From NCBI GenBank assembly GCA_017441065.1, contig JAFSAI010000033.1, positions 2,581 through 66,580 on the forward strand: a stretch of DNA of 64,000 nucleotides, in the 5' to 3' direction. Positions 1 to 9,625 of the stretch are shown piece by piece. A program made the translations under genes and the position numbers. The notes below the pieces were generated by a model. The model saw only the letters and a list, made by a program, of their open reading frames with translations, was not told where the DNA came from and made no database searches. The first letter of the stretch is position 1, and every line of letters begins with the position of its first letter. Source of the DNA: Bacilli bacterium. Lineage in GTDB: Bacteria; Bacillota_I; Bacilli_A; RF39; UBA660.

Positions 1-403
1 AACGTTCATTATAAACAAATTCTAAGGTATTTAAATCAATATAACCTATTATATGATCACTATCAACAATAAAATCTGGAGTTCCAACGCCTTCCCAATC
101 GATATCATATGCCTCATCATCTCTAAGTCGTCTTATAAATCTCTTCATACTATCTTTATATACACCAACTATTATCATTGTATTATTTTGTTTAAATTCA
201 GTCGACGCATTTGAATCAATAACTGATTCAATATCTGATAATTCTTCATCAGTGAATTCTAAAAATGATTTTTCCCATTCTGGATTAGCTACGATTATTC
301 CTTCTTCAAGTAATTTATCGCCAACTTGAGATGTTAAATGATAAAAATATCTCGCTTCTTTATCACTCGTTGCTAAAGTTATTTGTTCTTGCAATTCTTC
401 CAT
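1..403 (-). CDS. Hypothetical protein, N-terminal part only (gene continues beyond window start). Begins MEELQEQITLATSDKEARYFYHL...
   Basis: ATG at 403-401 on minus strand, 4 nt after SD GGTGAAG lying in the end of the upstream gene. Open frame runs to position 1 with no stop. Confidence 0.5.
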   Translation of the reverse strand, partial: MEELQEQITLATSDKEARYFYHLTSQVGDKLLEEGIIVANPEWEKSFLEFTDEELSDIESVIDSNASTEFKQNNTMIIVGVYKDSMKRFIRRLRDDEAYDIDWEGVGTPDFIVDSDHIIGYIDLNTLEFVYNER

Positions 404-404
404 T

Positions 405-1649
405 CTACTTCACCATTCTATAAGGATTTTCTATTGTTCCTGTTCCTTCCATTTCGATATTTTTTACTAAATTAATTACTGGTCTTACATTACGATACAA
501 ATCACCATTAATATCATTTCTAATATTTCCATTACTATCTATCATAAACAAGTTCATTGATGAAGCATCCCCTTTAGCTCCACTCATTGTATACCAAGGT
601 TCAGTAATATTACTATCATATAAATAATAATTTTTATTATATGATGTTGGAGTTGCTCCAGCTAATACAACTTCATCTATTGTAAGAAGGCCAATATTAT
701 TATTAAAGGCAGTTCCTAAACAATTAAGGGTAGGTATTTTATTTGTCATAATTCTTGTATATGAATTATAAGTATATATATCATCATATATTATATCATT
801 ACAAAATTTAGAATTTGCAATATAATCCGTATAATCGTATAAATTGTTTTCTAACCAATTTTCTAAAAACTCATTCATTGCAGATGTTTTATAATTATAA
901 CTACCATTACTTGATGAATAATAGCTTGCTATGGTATCTGTTACTCCATTTAAAATCATTCTTACTGTACCATCACCATTAATTCTTACTATTCTCCAAG
1001 TCATTCCACCAAATGAAACATAATTATTATTTACATTTCCTCTAAAATAATAAGATAATCCTATATCATCGCTACTTTTTATTAATCCTTCATTTTCAAT
1101 TCCTGCATCATATCCAACTTTAGTTAAAGAGCTTTCTGATGCTGGGGTGTTTTTAAGAATCAAATCTGCGAATGTCACACTTTTTCCTTCTTGAACACGA
1201 ATGTTTAGAATGCCTTTTAATGGTGTTTCACCGGTATTAGCTATTTCTAAAGTATATAATTTTGTTTCACCAGCTTCAATACTAATAAAATCAGTAGTTA
1301 TTTCATCAATACTTTTTAATTCACCTTCAGTAACAACTATTTCATTGTGTAACAACTTATAACTACCATTTCCTCTTACTTGAGCAAATCCTATATTGTA
1401 TAAACTTGTTTCATCACTACTATTTGTTACTGAAAATTTTATAATTTCTTTATCACTCACTAAGAAGTTTTTACCATCTATATAATTAATTGATAAGTTA
1501 CCATTAACTTCAATATCTGAACCTATTTCAGAAACTTTATCATAGAATAGATATAAAACTCCCAAACTTATCCCAATTACGATTAAAAAACCGATAAATG
1601 ATAAAAAAGATTTATATATAGCTCGCATTTTTAATTTTACCATTGTCAC
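405..1649 (-). CDS. Surface-anchored protein, member A of the GTGTxxDPY C-terminal motif family. Divergent copy: N-terminal TM, internal WRIVRINGDG block, C-term EGTGTIENPYRMVK.
   Basis: ORF track. N-terminal hydrophobic anchor. Shares the central MxxRIxxI block and the C-terminal G-T-G-T-x-x-[DN]-P-[YF] motif with the ORFs at 8304, 20506, 36857 and 43645. Confidence 0.6.
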   Translation of the reverse strand: MTMVKLKMRAIYKSFLSFIGFLIVIGISLGVLYLFYDKVSEIGSDIEVNGNLSINYIDGKNFLVSDKEIIKFSVTNSSDETSLYNIGFAQVRGNGSYKLLHNEIVVTEGELKSIDEITTDFISIEAGETKLYTLEIANTGETPLKGILNIRVQEGKSVTFADLILKNTPASESSLTKVGYDAGIENEGLIKSSDDIGLSYYFRGNVNNNYVSFGGMTWRIVRINGDGTVRMILNGVTDTIASYYSSSNGSYNYKTSAMNEFLENWLENNLYDYTDYIANSKFCNDIIYDDIYTYNSYTRIMTNKIPTLNCLGTAFNNNIGLLTIDEVVLAGATPTSYNKNYYLYDSNITEPWYTMSGAKGDASSMNLFMIDSNGNIRNDINGDLYRNVRPVINLVKNIEMEGTGTIENPYRMVK

Positions 1650-1710
1650 TTGGGCATCATCCTTACAATAACCATTATATACTAAATATTAAAATTATGT
1701 CAATTTTTGA

Positions 1711-1740
1711 CGTATAAAAAAAGAAAATCTTTTGATTTTC
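1711..1740 (-). terminator. Rho-independent terminator after dnaJ
   Basis: Hairpin GAAAATC-TTTT-GATTTTC (1723-1740) followed on the minus strand by a T7 run. It abuts the dnaJ stop codon. Confidence 0.7.
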
Positions 1741-2867
1741 TAATTTTTTAACGATTTTTTAAATTCTTTAAATTCACTTTCAGTTTCTAAATCTGTTTCT
1801 GAAAGTTCTTTTATTAATTCTTTTTGTTTTTTATTTAATTTAGTCGGGATTATGACATTTATAACTACGTACATATCACCAGGAGTTCTACTATTTACTC
1901 CTTTAATCCCCTTACCTTTAAGTTTTAACTTTGTATAATTTTGAGTTCCTGGTTTAATTTCAACATAGCCATTACCTGTTAGTGTAGGTATTTCTTTTTT
2001 ACAACCTAGTATAACATCTGTAATAGTTACTGGTAATTCCAAATAAATGTCATCTTCATGTCTTTCAAAATATTTGTGTTCTTCAACTACAAATTCTAAA
2101 TAAATATCACCATTAGGACCACCATTAATACCAGCACCACCCTTACCACTTAAACGAAGTTGGTTACCTGTATCAATACCTGCTGGCACAGTAACTGTCA
2201 ATGTTTTATTTTTAGAAACTCTTCCTTCACCATCACAATGTCTACAAATTTCTTTAAAAGTTTTCCCTTCACCACGACAATCTGGACAAGTCTTTTGTGT
2301 TTGCATTATTCCAAATAAAGTACTTTGTTGTTCACGAATAACACCTCTACCACCACAAGTAGAACATGTTGTTTCGCCAAAACCACCTTTTCCATTACAT
2401 TCATCACAAGACTCTGTAACATTTACTTTAATATCTTTTTTACAGCCATTAACTGCCTCTTCAAATGAAAGTCTAATATGCATCAACATATCTTCGCCTC
2501 TACGAGCACGGCTGCTATTTCTACTTCCTCCAAAGCCAGAGAAAGAACTAGAAAACCCTCCAAAACCGCCACCAAAGATATTTGAAAGAATATCATCTAA
2601 ATTGATATCTCCCATATCAAATCCAGCTCCACCAGGATTTCCATCAAATGCTGCATGACCAAATTGATCATATTGAGCTCTTTTATTTTTATCTGATAGT
2701 ACTGAATATGCTTCACCTATTTCTTTAAATTTTTCAGCAGCACCTTCTTCTTTATTTACATCTGGATGATATTTTTTTGCTAAAACTCTAAACGCTCTTT
2801 TTATTTCTTCATCAGTAGCAGTTTTAGAAACTCCTAAGACTTCATAATAATCTCTTTTATTGTTCAT
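1740..2867 (-). CDS. dnaJ: Chaperone DnaJ
   Basis: J-domain with HPD (KKYHPDVNK). G/F-rich linker. Four CxxCxGxG zinc-finger repeats ([32 protein letters not shown]). C-terminal substrate-binding domain. Confidence 0.95.
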   Translation of the reverse strand: MNNKRDYYEVLGVSKTATDEEIKRAFRVLAKKYHPDVNKEEGAAEKFKEIGEAYSVLSDKNKRAQYDQFGHAAFDGNPGGAGFDMGDINLDDILSNIFGGGFGGFSSSFSGFGGSRNSSRARRGEDMLMHIRLSFEEAVNGCKKDIKVNVTESCDECNGKGGFGETTCSTCGGRGVIREQQSTLFGIMQTQKTCPDCRGEGKTFKEICRHCDGEGRVSKNKTLTVTVPAGIDTGNQLRLSGKGGAGINGGPNGDIYLEFVVEEHKYFERHEDDIYLELPVTITDVILGCKKEIPTLTGNGYVEIKPGTQNYTKLKLKGKGIKGVNSRTPGDMYVVINVIIPTKLNKKQKELIKELSETDLETESEFKEFKKSLKN

Positions 2868-4662
2868 CTAACACACTTCCTTGTAATTCTTCATAATCCT
2901 CAATTAGTTTATCCATAAATGTCATTGTATCATCAAAAACATCAGAACTTGTTATATCAATTCCAGCAACTTTTAATGAATCTATTGGATTTTTAGTACA
3001 ACCTAATTTCAAAAACTCTAAATATTTATCTCGAATTGTTTTATCTCCTTCATAAATCGCATTAGCAATTTTTACTGCCACAGTAAATCCAGTTGCATAT
3101 TGATACACATAAAAATTCATATAAAAATGTGGTATTCTTTCCCATTCGTATTTGATTTCTTCATCAATTATAACATTTTCTCCAAAATATAGTTTATTTA
3201 AATCGTAATATTTTTCACACATATTTTGACTAGTTAGGATTCCGCCTTGTTCAGCATATTCATGAATAAACAATTCAAATTCAGCAAACATAGTTTGACG
3301 ATAAATTGTAGATTTATATTTTTGTAATAAATCATCGATAATTTTGATTTTTTCTTTTTTTGATTTAGTATTATCAAGTAAATACCTACATAATAGAATT
3401 TCGTTTACTTGACTTGCAACTTCTGCCACAAAAATACTATAACCATAATCTTGATAATTTTGATATTTGCAAGCATAGTAATAATGCATTGCATGTCCAA
3501 GTTCATGAGCTAGTGTTGAAATATCATTAATCGTTCCTTCATAACTCATTAAAACATATGGATGTACTGAATAACAAGAAGTACAATAAGCGCCACCTCT
3601 TTTTCCTTCATTATTACATGAATCAATCCAGCCTTCATCAAATGATTTTTTTATATCATTTAAATAAGTTTCTCCTAATGGTTCTACTGCTTTTAGCACT
3701 AATTTTTTCGCATCATCAAAATTATATTTTTTAGAAAAACCAACATCAATATCAGCATATGTATCATATACATGTAATTCATCTAAACCTAGCAACTTTT
3801 TCTTTAAATCCCAATACTTATATAAAGATTTCAAATTTTTATGTACAGATTCAATTAAATTAACATATACTTTTGGATCTATTTCATTCGCAAATAATGA
3901 TGCTTCTAAACTATTATTAAATTTTCTAAGTTTTGCATTAACTACGTTTTTATTAACTTCGCTTCTAAGTATTGTTGCAAGTGTAGTTTTAAAATTCGCA
4001 TAAGTTTTATATAATGTTTCAAACGCAGATTTTCTAACCATTTTGTCACTATGTCTAATATAAACTGAATAATTACTTTCAGTAAGTTCTACTTCTTTGC
4101 CATCTACAACAATATTCCCAAATTTAAAATCACTATCGGTAAGAGCACCCATTATTTCATCTGGAGCATCCATTAAATTTGACAATGATGATAGGCAAGC
4201 TTCAACTTCACTACTTAAAATGTGTTCTTTATTTCTAAAAATATGTTTTAAATTTCTTTCATATTCTTTTAATTTATCACAAGATTTAATATAGTTTTCA
4301 ATCTTAGAATATTCACTTTGTAATAATTCAGGAACTATATAAGATGTTGCTTCTAAATATTTTGTATAAACATTTTTAGCTTTACCAAATAATTCTTGAT
4401 AATTAGTATCTAAAGTATCTGCATCATTATTAATATGTGCATAAATAAAAGCTTTTTCTATTCTTTTAGATATTTCTGTATCTAATTCTAATAAATTTAG
4501 CAAACTATTTGCACTTTCTAAAATTTTTCCTTTATAGTTTTCAAATTTATTTAATTCTTTCTCTATTTCTTTTAATTCATTTCCGCATTCTGTATCACTA
4601 GCATACAAATCTTTTACATTCCATTTATATTTAATATCAAAATCAGTTCTTTTCTTTGCCAT
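2857..4662 (-). CDS. pepF: Oligoendopeptidase F, M3B family metallopeptidase
   Basis: 601 aa with HELGHAMH zinc-binding HExxH motif and overall PepF-like length and composition. Overlaps the dnaJ start by 11 nt. Confidence 0.8.
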   Translation of the reverse strand: MAKKRTDFDIKYKWNVKDLYASDTECGNELKEIEKELNKFENYKGKILESANSLLNLLELDTEISKRIEKAFIYAHINNDADTLDTNYQELFGKAKNVYTKYLEATSYIVPELLQSEYSKIENYIKSCDKLKEYERNLKHIFRNKEHILSSEVEACLSSLSNLMDAPDEIMGALTDSDFKFGNIVVDGKEVELTESNYSVYIRHSDKMVRKSAFETLYKTYANFKTTLATILRSEVNKNVVNAKLRKFNNSLEASLFANEIDPKVYVNLIESVHKNLKSLYKYWDLKKKLLGLDELHVYDTYADIDVGFSKKYNFDDAKKLVLKAVEPLGETYLNDIKKSFDEGWIDSCNNEGKRGGAYCTSCYSVHPYVLMSYEGTINDISTLAHELGHAMHYYYACKYQNYQDYGYSIFVAEVASQVNEILLCRYLLDNTKSKKEKIKIIDDLLQKYKSTIYRQTMFAEFELFIHEYAEQGGILTSQNMCEKYYDLNKLYFGENVIIDEEIKYEWERIPHFYMNFYVYQYATGFTVAVKIANAIYEGDKTIRDKYLEFLKLGCTKNPIDSLKVAGIDITSSDVFDDTMTFMDKLIEDYEELQGSVLDEQ

Positions 4663-4720
4663 AAATCCCTTTCTAACTAAAAGTTAGGCTCTAGAAACCT
4701 AGAGCCTTAAATTTCTTTTA

Positions 4721-6538
4721 TTATTTTTCTTCAAATGCAGCTTCTTCTACATTATCATCTTTTTTAGATGTTTCTGTAGTTGTTTCTGAATTAGAATTTT
4801 CTGGATTTACATTTTGATAAACTTTAGCTGCTAAATCCATTGCTACTTTTGATAGTTCTTCAGTTTTTTCTTTTATTTTATCTATATCACTACCTGCAAG
4901 TAATTCTTTTAATTCTTTAATTAATTCTTCAGCTTTTTCTTTATCTTTAGAATCAACTTTATCTCCTAAATCTTCTAAAGCTTTTTCAGTTTGGAATACC
5001 ATTGAATCAGCATTATTTCTAACTTCTGCTTCATTCTTTTTCTTTTCGTCTGCTTCTTTATTAGCTTCTGCTTCTTTTACCATCTTTTCAATTTCATCAT
5101 CAGAAAGGTTTGTGCTAGATGTAATTGTGATTGATTGTTCTTTTCCAGTACCTAAGTCTTTTGCTTTAACATTAACTATACCATTAGCATCAATATCAAA
5201 TGTTACTTCAATTTGAGGTACACCTCTTTTTGCTGGAGGTAAATTTGTTAATTGGAAGTTACCTAAAGTTTTGTTATCGCTAGCCATTGGTCTTTCACCT
5301 TGTAATACATGAATATCTACTGCTGGTTGATTATCAACTGCTGTACTGAACACTTGACTCTTACTTGTAGGAATTGTTGTATTTCTTGGAATTAATACTG
5401 TCATAACATTACCTAATGTTTCAATACCTAGAGATAATGGAGTAACATCTAATAATACGATATCATCAACTTCACCAGTTAATACTCCACCTTGAATAGC
5501 AGCACCCATAGCAACTACTTCATCTGGGTTAACACCTTTATTTGGTTCTTGTCCTAATTCTTTTTTAACTAATTCTTGAATGTAAGGAATTCTTGTTGAT
5601 CCACCAACTAAAATAACTTTATCAATATCTTTATTTGTAAGTTTAGCATCTTTAAGAGCTTTTCTTACTGGTTCCATAGTTGAATCAAATAAGTCACGAC
5701 ATAAGTCTTCAAATTTAGCTTTTGATAAGCTCATTTCCATATGTAATGGTCCTTCATCACTTTGAGCAATAAATGGTAAACTAATTTGAGCATTAGTCAT
5801 ACCAGATAAATCTTTTTTAGCCTTTTCAGCAGCATCTTTAATTCTTTGCATTGCCATTTTATCTTTAGATAAATCTAAACCATGTTCTTTTTTAAATTCA
5901 CTTACTAAATATTCTGAAACTCTTTCATCAAAGTCATCTCCACCTAAACGATTATTTCCACTTGTAGATTTAACTTCGAATACACCATCACCTAATTCAA
6001 GGATAGATACGTCAAATGTACCTCCACCTAGGTCATAAACTAAAATTGTTTGTAATTTATCTTGTTTATCTAAACCATAAGCAAGCGCAGCTGCTGTTGG
6101 TTCATTAATAATCCTTTCTACTTCAAGTCCAGCAATTTTACCAGCATTCTTTGTTGCTTGTCTTTCAGCATCGTTAAAATATGCTGGAACTGTAATAACT
6201 GCTTTTGTAACTTTTTCTCCTAAATAAGCCTCTGCATCAGCTTTTAATTTAGCTAAAATTTTTGCACTTATTTCTTCTGGAGTATATTTTTTATCGTTAG
6301 CTTCTACTCTTTCACTAGTTCCCATTTTTCTTTTAATAGATGAAATAGTATTTTTTACATTAGTTACCGCTTGTCTTTTCGCAGTTTCTCCAACTAATTC
6401 ATCATCACCTTTGAAAGCTACTACTGAAGGAGTAGTACGATTACCTTCACTATTTGGAATAACTTTTGGTTCTCCACCTTCTAATACTGATACACAACTA
6501 TTTGTTGTACCTAAATCTATACCTATAATTTTTGCCAT
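4721..6538 (-). CDS. dnaK: Chaperone DnaK (Hsp70)
   Basis: Begins [14 protein letters not shown]-like. Carries the DLGGGTFD and [11 protein letters not shown] Hsp70 signatures. Acidic C-terminus. Confidence 0.97.
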   Translation of the reverse strand: MAKIIGIDLGTTNSCVSVLEGGEPKVIPNSEGNRTTPSVVAFKGDDELVGETAKRQAVTNVKNTISSIKRKMGTSERVEANDKKYTPEEISAKILAKLKADAEAYLGEKVTKAVITVPAYFNDAERQATKNAGKIAGLEVERIINEPTAAALAYGLDKQDKLQTILVYDLGGGTFDVSILELGDGVFEVKSTSGNNRLGGDDFDERVSEYLVSEFKKEHGLDLSKDKMAMQRIKDAAEKAKKDLSGMTNAQISLPFIAQSDEGPLHMEMSLSKAKFEDLCRDLFDSTMEPVRKALKDAKLTNKDIDKVILVGGSTRIPYIQELVKKELGQEPNKGVNPDEVVAMGAAIQGGVLTGEVDDIVLLDVTPLSLGIETLGNVMTVLIPRNTTIPTSKSQVFSTAVDNQPAVDIHVLQGERPMASDNKTLGNFQLTNLPPAKRGVPQIEVTFDIDANGIVNVKAKDLGTGKEQSITITSSTNLSDDEIEKMVKEAEANKEADEKKKNEAEVRNNADSMVFQTEKALEDLGDKVDSKDKEKAEELIKELKELLAGSDIDKIKEKTEELSKVAMDLAAKVYQNVNPENSNSETTTETSKKDDNVEEAAFEEK

Positions 6539-6552
6539 TTAAATCATCTCCT

Positions 6553-7089
6553 CTATTCATTAACTTTGACCATGGCTGGTCTTATAACTTTATCATTATA
6601 TTTATAACCTTTTAACATTACACAAGTAACTATACCTGATTCTTTACCTTCAACACTTTCAGTCATTACTGCTTCCATTGTTTCTGGATTAAAAGGTTCA
6701 TCTAAACATTTTATTTCTTCAACCCCAACTGATTCTAAATTATTTTTTAATTCATTATAGATTAATTTAAATCCACTTAAGAACTTAGACACTTCATCTT
6801 CAGGATTATCATTATCCATATTTATCGCTCTTTCAAAATTATCAAGAACTCCTAAAGTCTTTTTAATAAAAGATTCTCCTTCATATCTATATATTTTAGA
6901 TATTTCTTCTTCATATCTTCTTTTCATATTTTGCATTTCTGCACTAACTCTTAATAATTTATCATTAAGCACATTTTTTTCTTCTTGTAATTTTTCTATT
7001 TCTTTATTACATTTTTTATCTTTTTTACAAGTTTTTTCTTCTTTTACTTCTTCCTGAAGTTCATCTGTTATCTTTTCTGTTTCTTCCAT
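6553..7089 (-). CDS. grpE: Nucleotide exchange factor GrpE
   Basis: 178 aa with a coiled-coil N-terminal half and a GrpE-like C-terminal beta domain. Sits between hrcA and dnaK. Confidence 0.85.
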   Translation of the reverse strand: MEETEKITDELQEEVKEEKTCKKDKKCNKEIEKLQEEKNVLNDKLLRVSAEMQNMKRRYEEEISKIYRYEGESFIKKTLGVLDNFERAINMDNDNPEDEVSKFLSGFKLIYNELKNNLESVGVEEIKCLDEPFNPETMEAVMTESVEGKESGIVTCVMLKGYKYNDKVIRPAMVKVNE

Positions 7090-8114
7090 TATTTTCCCTC
7101 TATTTTATCTACCATATAGTTAAGAAGTGATACAACTCTTTCATATTCCATTCGTTTAGGGCCAATGATTGCAATTGTTCCTTCTTCTCCACCTGATTTA
7201 TATTTTCTTTTAATAACTGTAACATTATCATCAAAATTAGTTTCCTCACCAATATAAATTTGTAATTCTTCACTACCATCTATACTGCTAACCATTTCTT
7301 TAAATGATTCATCTTCTAATTTTGAGGCTATTCTTTTAATATCTTCCGTATTATCATACTCAGGTTCTTTTAATAAATTAACTCTTCCTGATACATGTAT
7401 ATTTGTATTATGTAATAAGAAATCATTAAATGCATCATAGAAAATGTTATATACAGTTTCATAATTTTTTATATATTTTGCTATAACTGGTTTTATTTCA
7501 AACTCTAGTTTTTCAGCAACTTTATTAATAGGTGTTCCTACTAACATTTTATTAATCATTTCGCTTGTTCTAACTATCTCTGACACATCTGTATCTATTG
7601 GCAACATAAACTGTTTGTTTTCAACTATACCTTTATCAGTACATACTATTGCTACTACTTTATTAGGAGCTAATGTAATAATATTTATTTGTTGTAATAA
7701 ATTATCATTACTATTTTTACCTAGCACTACTGAAGTATAATTTGTTAAATCACTAATAATTTCCATACACTTAGTAACTGCGTCACTAACTTGCAACTCT
7801 GTATTAGAAAATATTGTCTGTAATTTTAACATATCTTCACCAGTTAAATCTTTTGGCTTCATCAAATTCTCAACATAATATCTATAACCTAACTCACTAG
7901 GAATTCGACCACTAGAAATATGATTCTTTTCGATATACCCCATATTTTCTAGAACTGCCATTTCATTTCTAATCGTAGCACTTGAACAGTTTAATTTTTT
8001 ACATAAAGATTTACTTCCTACTGGTTTAACAGTTTTTACATAGTTTTCTACTATTTCTTTTAATAGTTCTTTCTTCCTGTCATCCATGAACACTTTATCA
8101 CCACCATTTAGCAC
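7089..8114 (-). CDS. hrcA: Heat-inducible transcription repressor HrcA. Probable true start is the ATG at 8087 (FMDDRKK), which has SD GGTGGTGA upstream.
   Basis: 341 aa. N-terminal winged-helix, central and C-terminal HrcA domains. First gene of the hrcA-grpE-dnaK operon, with CIRCE upstream. The track ORF begins at a GTG. Confidence 0.85.
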   Translation of the reverse strand: MLNGGDKVFMDDRKKELLKEIVENYVKTVKPVGSKSLCKKLNCSSATIRNEMAVLENMGYIEKNHISSGRIPSELGYRYYVENLMKPKDLTGEDMLKLQTIFSNTELQVSDAVTKCMEIISDLTNYTSVVLGKNSNDNLLQQINIITLAPNKVVAIVCTDKGIVENKQFMLPIDTDVSEIVRTSEMINKMLVGTPINKVAEKLEFEIKPVIAKYIKNYETVYNIFYDAFNDFLLHNTNIHVSGRVNLLKEPEYDNTEDIKRIASKLEDESFKEMVSSIDGSEELQIYIGEETNFDDNVTVIKRKYKSGGEEGTIAIIGPKRMEYERVVSLLNYMVDKIEGK

Positions 8115-8181
8115 TCTTCTTTCTTTAATGCTAACCCTATTATAATATTATGCTTAGCACTTGTCAAGTTATGAGTGCTAA
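8108..8181 (-). promoter_or_regulatory. Two CIRCE (HrcA operator) inverted repeats upstream of hrcA
   Basis: 8154-8181: TTAGCACTTGTCAAGTTATGAGTGCTAA, with arms TTAGCACT/AGTGCTAA. 8108-8134: TTAGCACTC-N9-TAATGCTAA, a weaker second copy overlapping the GTG start of the ORF track. Consensus is TTAGCACTC-N9-GAGTGCTAA. Confidence 0.8.
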
Positions 8182-8208
8182 TTTCACATTTTTTTCATTT
8201 TCATATAA

Positions 8209-8236
8209 CATAAAAAAGACTAGCAATCTAGTCTTA
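8209..8236 (-). terminator. Rho-independent terminator of surface-protein gene B
   Basis: Hairpin AAGACTAG-CAAT-CTAGTCTT followed on the minus strand by T6. Confidence 0.7.
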
Positions 8237-8243
8237 TATTATC

Positions 8244-8303
8244 AAGGAAGAAAGATATGTGTGTTATCTTTCATGTTTATTTTAACGTCTTCATTGACGA
8301 TTA
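8244..8303 (-). repeat. Conserved 3' UTR element, copy 1 (plus strand: ...GGAAGAAAGATATGTGTGTTATCTTTC...TTATTTTAACGTCTTCATTGACGAT)
   Basis: About 60 nt between the stop codon and the terminator. Near-identical copies occur at 20450-20505 and 31727-31790, and a shorter copy at 43618-43644. Contains an 8-bp hairpin GAAAGATA/TATCTTTC with an ACACACA loop (as read on the mRNA strand). Confidence 0.75.
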
Positions 8304-9560
8304 TTAATTTATTAGGAATGGATCTGTTTCTGTTCCTGTTCCACCTGTTATATGTATTGTTGATTCTAGATAGAAGACTGGCTTAACATAAGTTCCTTCA
8401 CGCAACGAACCTTCTTTGTAATAACTAGCAGGTCCTACACCGCCTAAAGTAACTACACCTATAATCCAAGAAGAAAATACTTTACCACTAGTGTAAAGCG
8501 GAGTATTTAATTCAAAATAAACTCCACCATTTACATAGGAACTAAAGTCCATTAATAGTTCGTCTACTCTAGGTGTTGTTAACACCCAACTGCCATCACA
8601 TGAACTAAAACAATTGGCTCCGCTTAAATAATAGTAATCGTGTATATACATTACTCCAACTTTGGCATTTACACTATTGGAAAAAGAATTCTCTAAAGCA
8701 TATATTTCATCTGGAGTAACATTTGCTGAATTACGATTTGAAATTTCACCATATTTCCAAATTGTATTAGAAACTTTATTATACCAAACACTACTTGTGT
8801 TCATATAATCATAATTAGAACTATTTACAAAAAGATTACTATATCCACCGCCGCTTATACCATTTAGCCCTTTAAAAATATCACTATCAGCCCACAAAGC
8901 TTTTTCTTCGGTTTTGTGCCATGCGTACGCAGTATTATTTATAGGTTCCCTTTTGATTAATTTCAATTGTCCACTTGAATTCACACCTAATATTCGATAC
9001 ATATACTTATCTGTATTGTTTGTGCACGTCGACTTATTATTAGTTCCAAAACACACATAGTTATTTACTATATCATTATTGTTACTATTACCATGATATC
9101 TATACATTTCACCTTCCATATTCGTAGTGTTTAAACCTGATGTTGGATTTCTTAGTAAACATTCAGATGCTGTTTCATCTTCATTACACCACTTAGGTAT
9201 ACTAAAATACAAATAACAATAGCTTGTATTTCCTGTATCTACTGTTGCTATATTATTTGTGCTATCATAACTAAGTACTCCATCTAACTTATTTCCATTT
9301 ATATCTATACATCCTGACATAGACTCATTATATGTATATCCACTTGTTGGCCACGTACTAGTTGTATCTTCTTTATATGTTCCGTCTTCTTGTTCTAACA
9401 TTATCGCAAACATATTTGAATTATTTATATTTAAATTTACTTCATCTAAATTTGTATTTTTATTACCATATGATTTATACATCAAAAACAATGTACAGCT
9501 TTCTATTATCACTAACACTAGTATTACTATCACACATATTTTTTTGTTAACAACTTGCAT
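8304..9560 (-). CDS. Surface-anchored protein, family member B. N-term MQVVNKK + TM, C-term ITGGTGTETDPFLIN.
   Basis: ORF track. Its first 120 codons or so are about 93% identical at the DNA level to the ORF at 20506-21645. Variable centre. Conserved blocks YICFGT, YMYRIIG and KIGLMYIHDYYY. Conserved C-terminal motif. Confidence 0.8.
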   Translation of the reverse strand: MQVVNKKICVIVILVLVIIESCTLFLMYKSYGNKNTNLDEVNLNINNSNMFAIMLEQEDGTYKEDTTSTWPTSGYTYNESMSGCIDINGNKLDGVLSYDSTNNIATVDTGNTSYCYLYFSIPKWCNEDETASECLLRNPTSGLNTTNMEGEMYRYHGNSNNNDIVNNYVCFGTNNKSTCTNNTDKYMYRILGVNSSGQLKLIKREPINNTAYAWHKTEEKALWADSDIFKGLNGISGGGYSNLFVNSSNYDYMNTSSVWYNKVSNTIWKYGEISNRNSANVTPDEIYALENSFSNSVNAKVGVMYIHDYYYLSGANCFSSCDGSWVLTTPRVDELLMDFSSYVNGGVYFELNTPLYTSGKVFSSWIIGVVTLGGVGPASYYKEGSLREGTYVKPVFYLESTIHITGGTGTETDPFLIN

Positions 9561-9584
9561 AATCTTTCTTCCTTATCTATTTTA

Positions 9585-9625
9585 TAAGGTAAGTATATAT
9601 TACCCCCCCCGAAGTCAAATTTTTG
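9585..9625 (-). promoter_or_regulatory. Sigma-A-type promoter with a homopolymeric G8 tract (C8 on plus, 9603-9610) inside the -35/-10 spacer. Candidate phase-variation switch.
   Basis: Minus strand reads TTGACT-TCGGGGGGGGTAATA-TATACT, then a 5' UTR with AAGGAAGAAAG SD, then ATG at 9560. Spacer is 15 nt with G8. The same promoter occurs upstream of two paralogues with different tract lengths. Confidence 0.75.

Noticed and set aside
4097-4294. Short ORFs in the track lying antisense inside clear genes (4097-4294, 15392-15661, 18008-18397, 29087-29383, 35840-36235, 52705-53220 and others)
   Set aside because: They are wholly embedded in strongly supported conserved CDSs on the opposite strand, with low-complexity translations and no SD. 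They are spurious.
8257-8316. Plus-strand micro-ORF (RBS GGAAGAAAGAT + ATG, 19 codons) inside the conserved 3' UTR element
   Set aside because: Its reading frame is broken by a 1-nt indel between copies (8244-8303 vs 20450-20505), so the peptides differ completely. Conservation is at the nucleotide level, not the peptide level.
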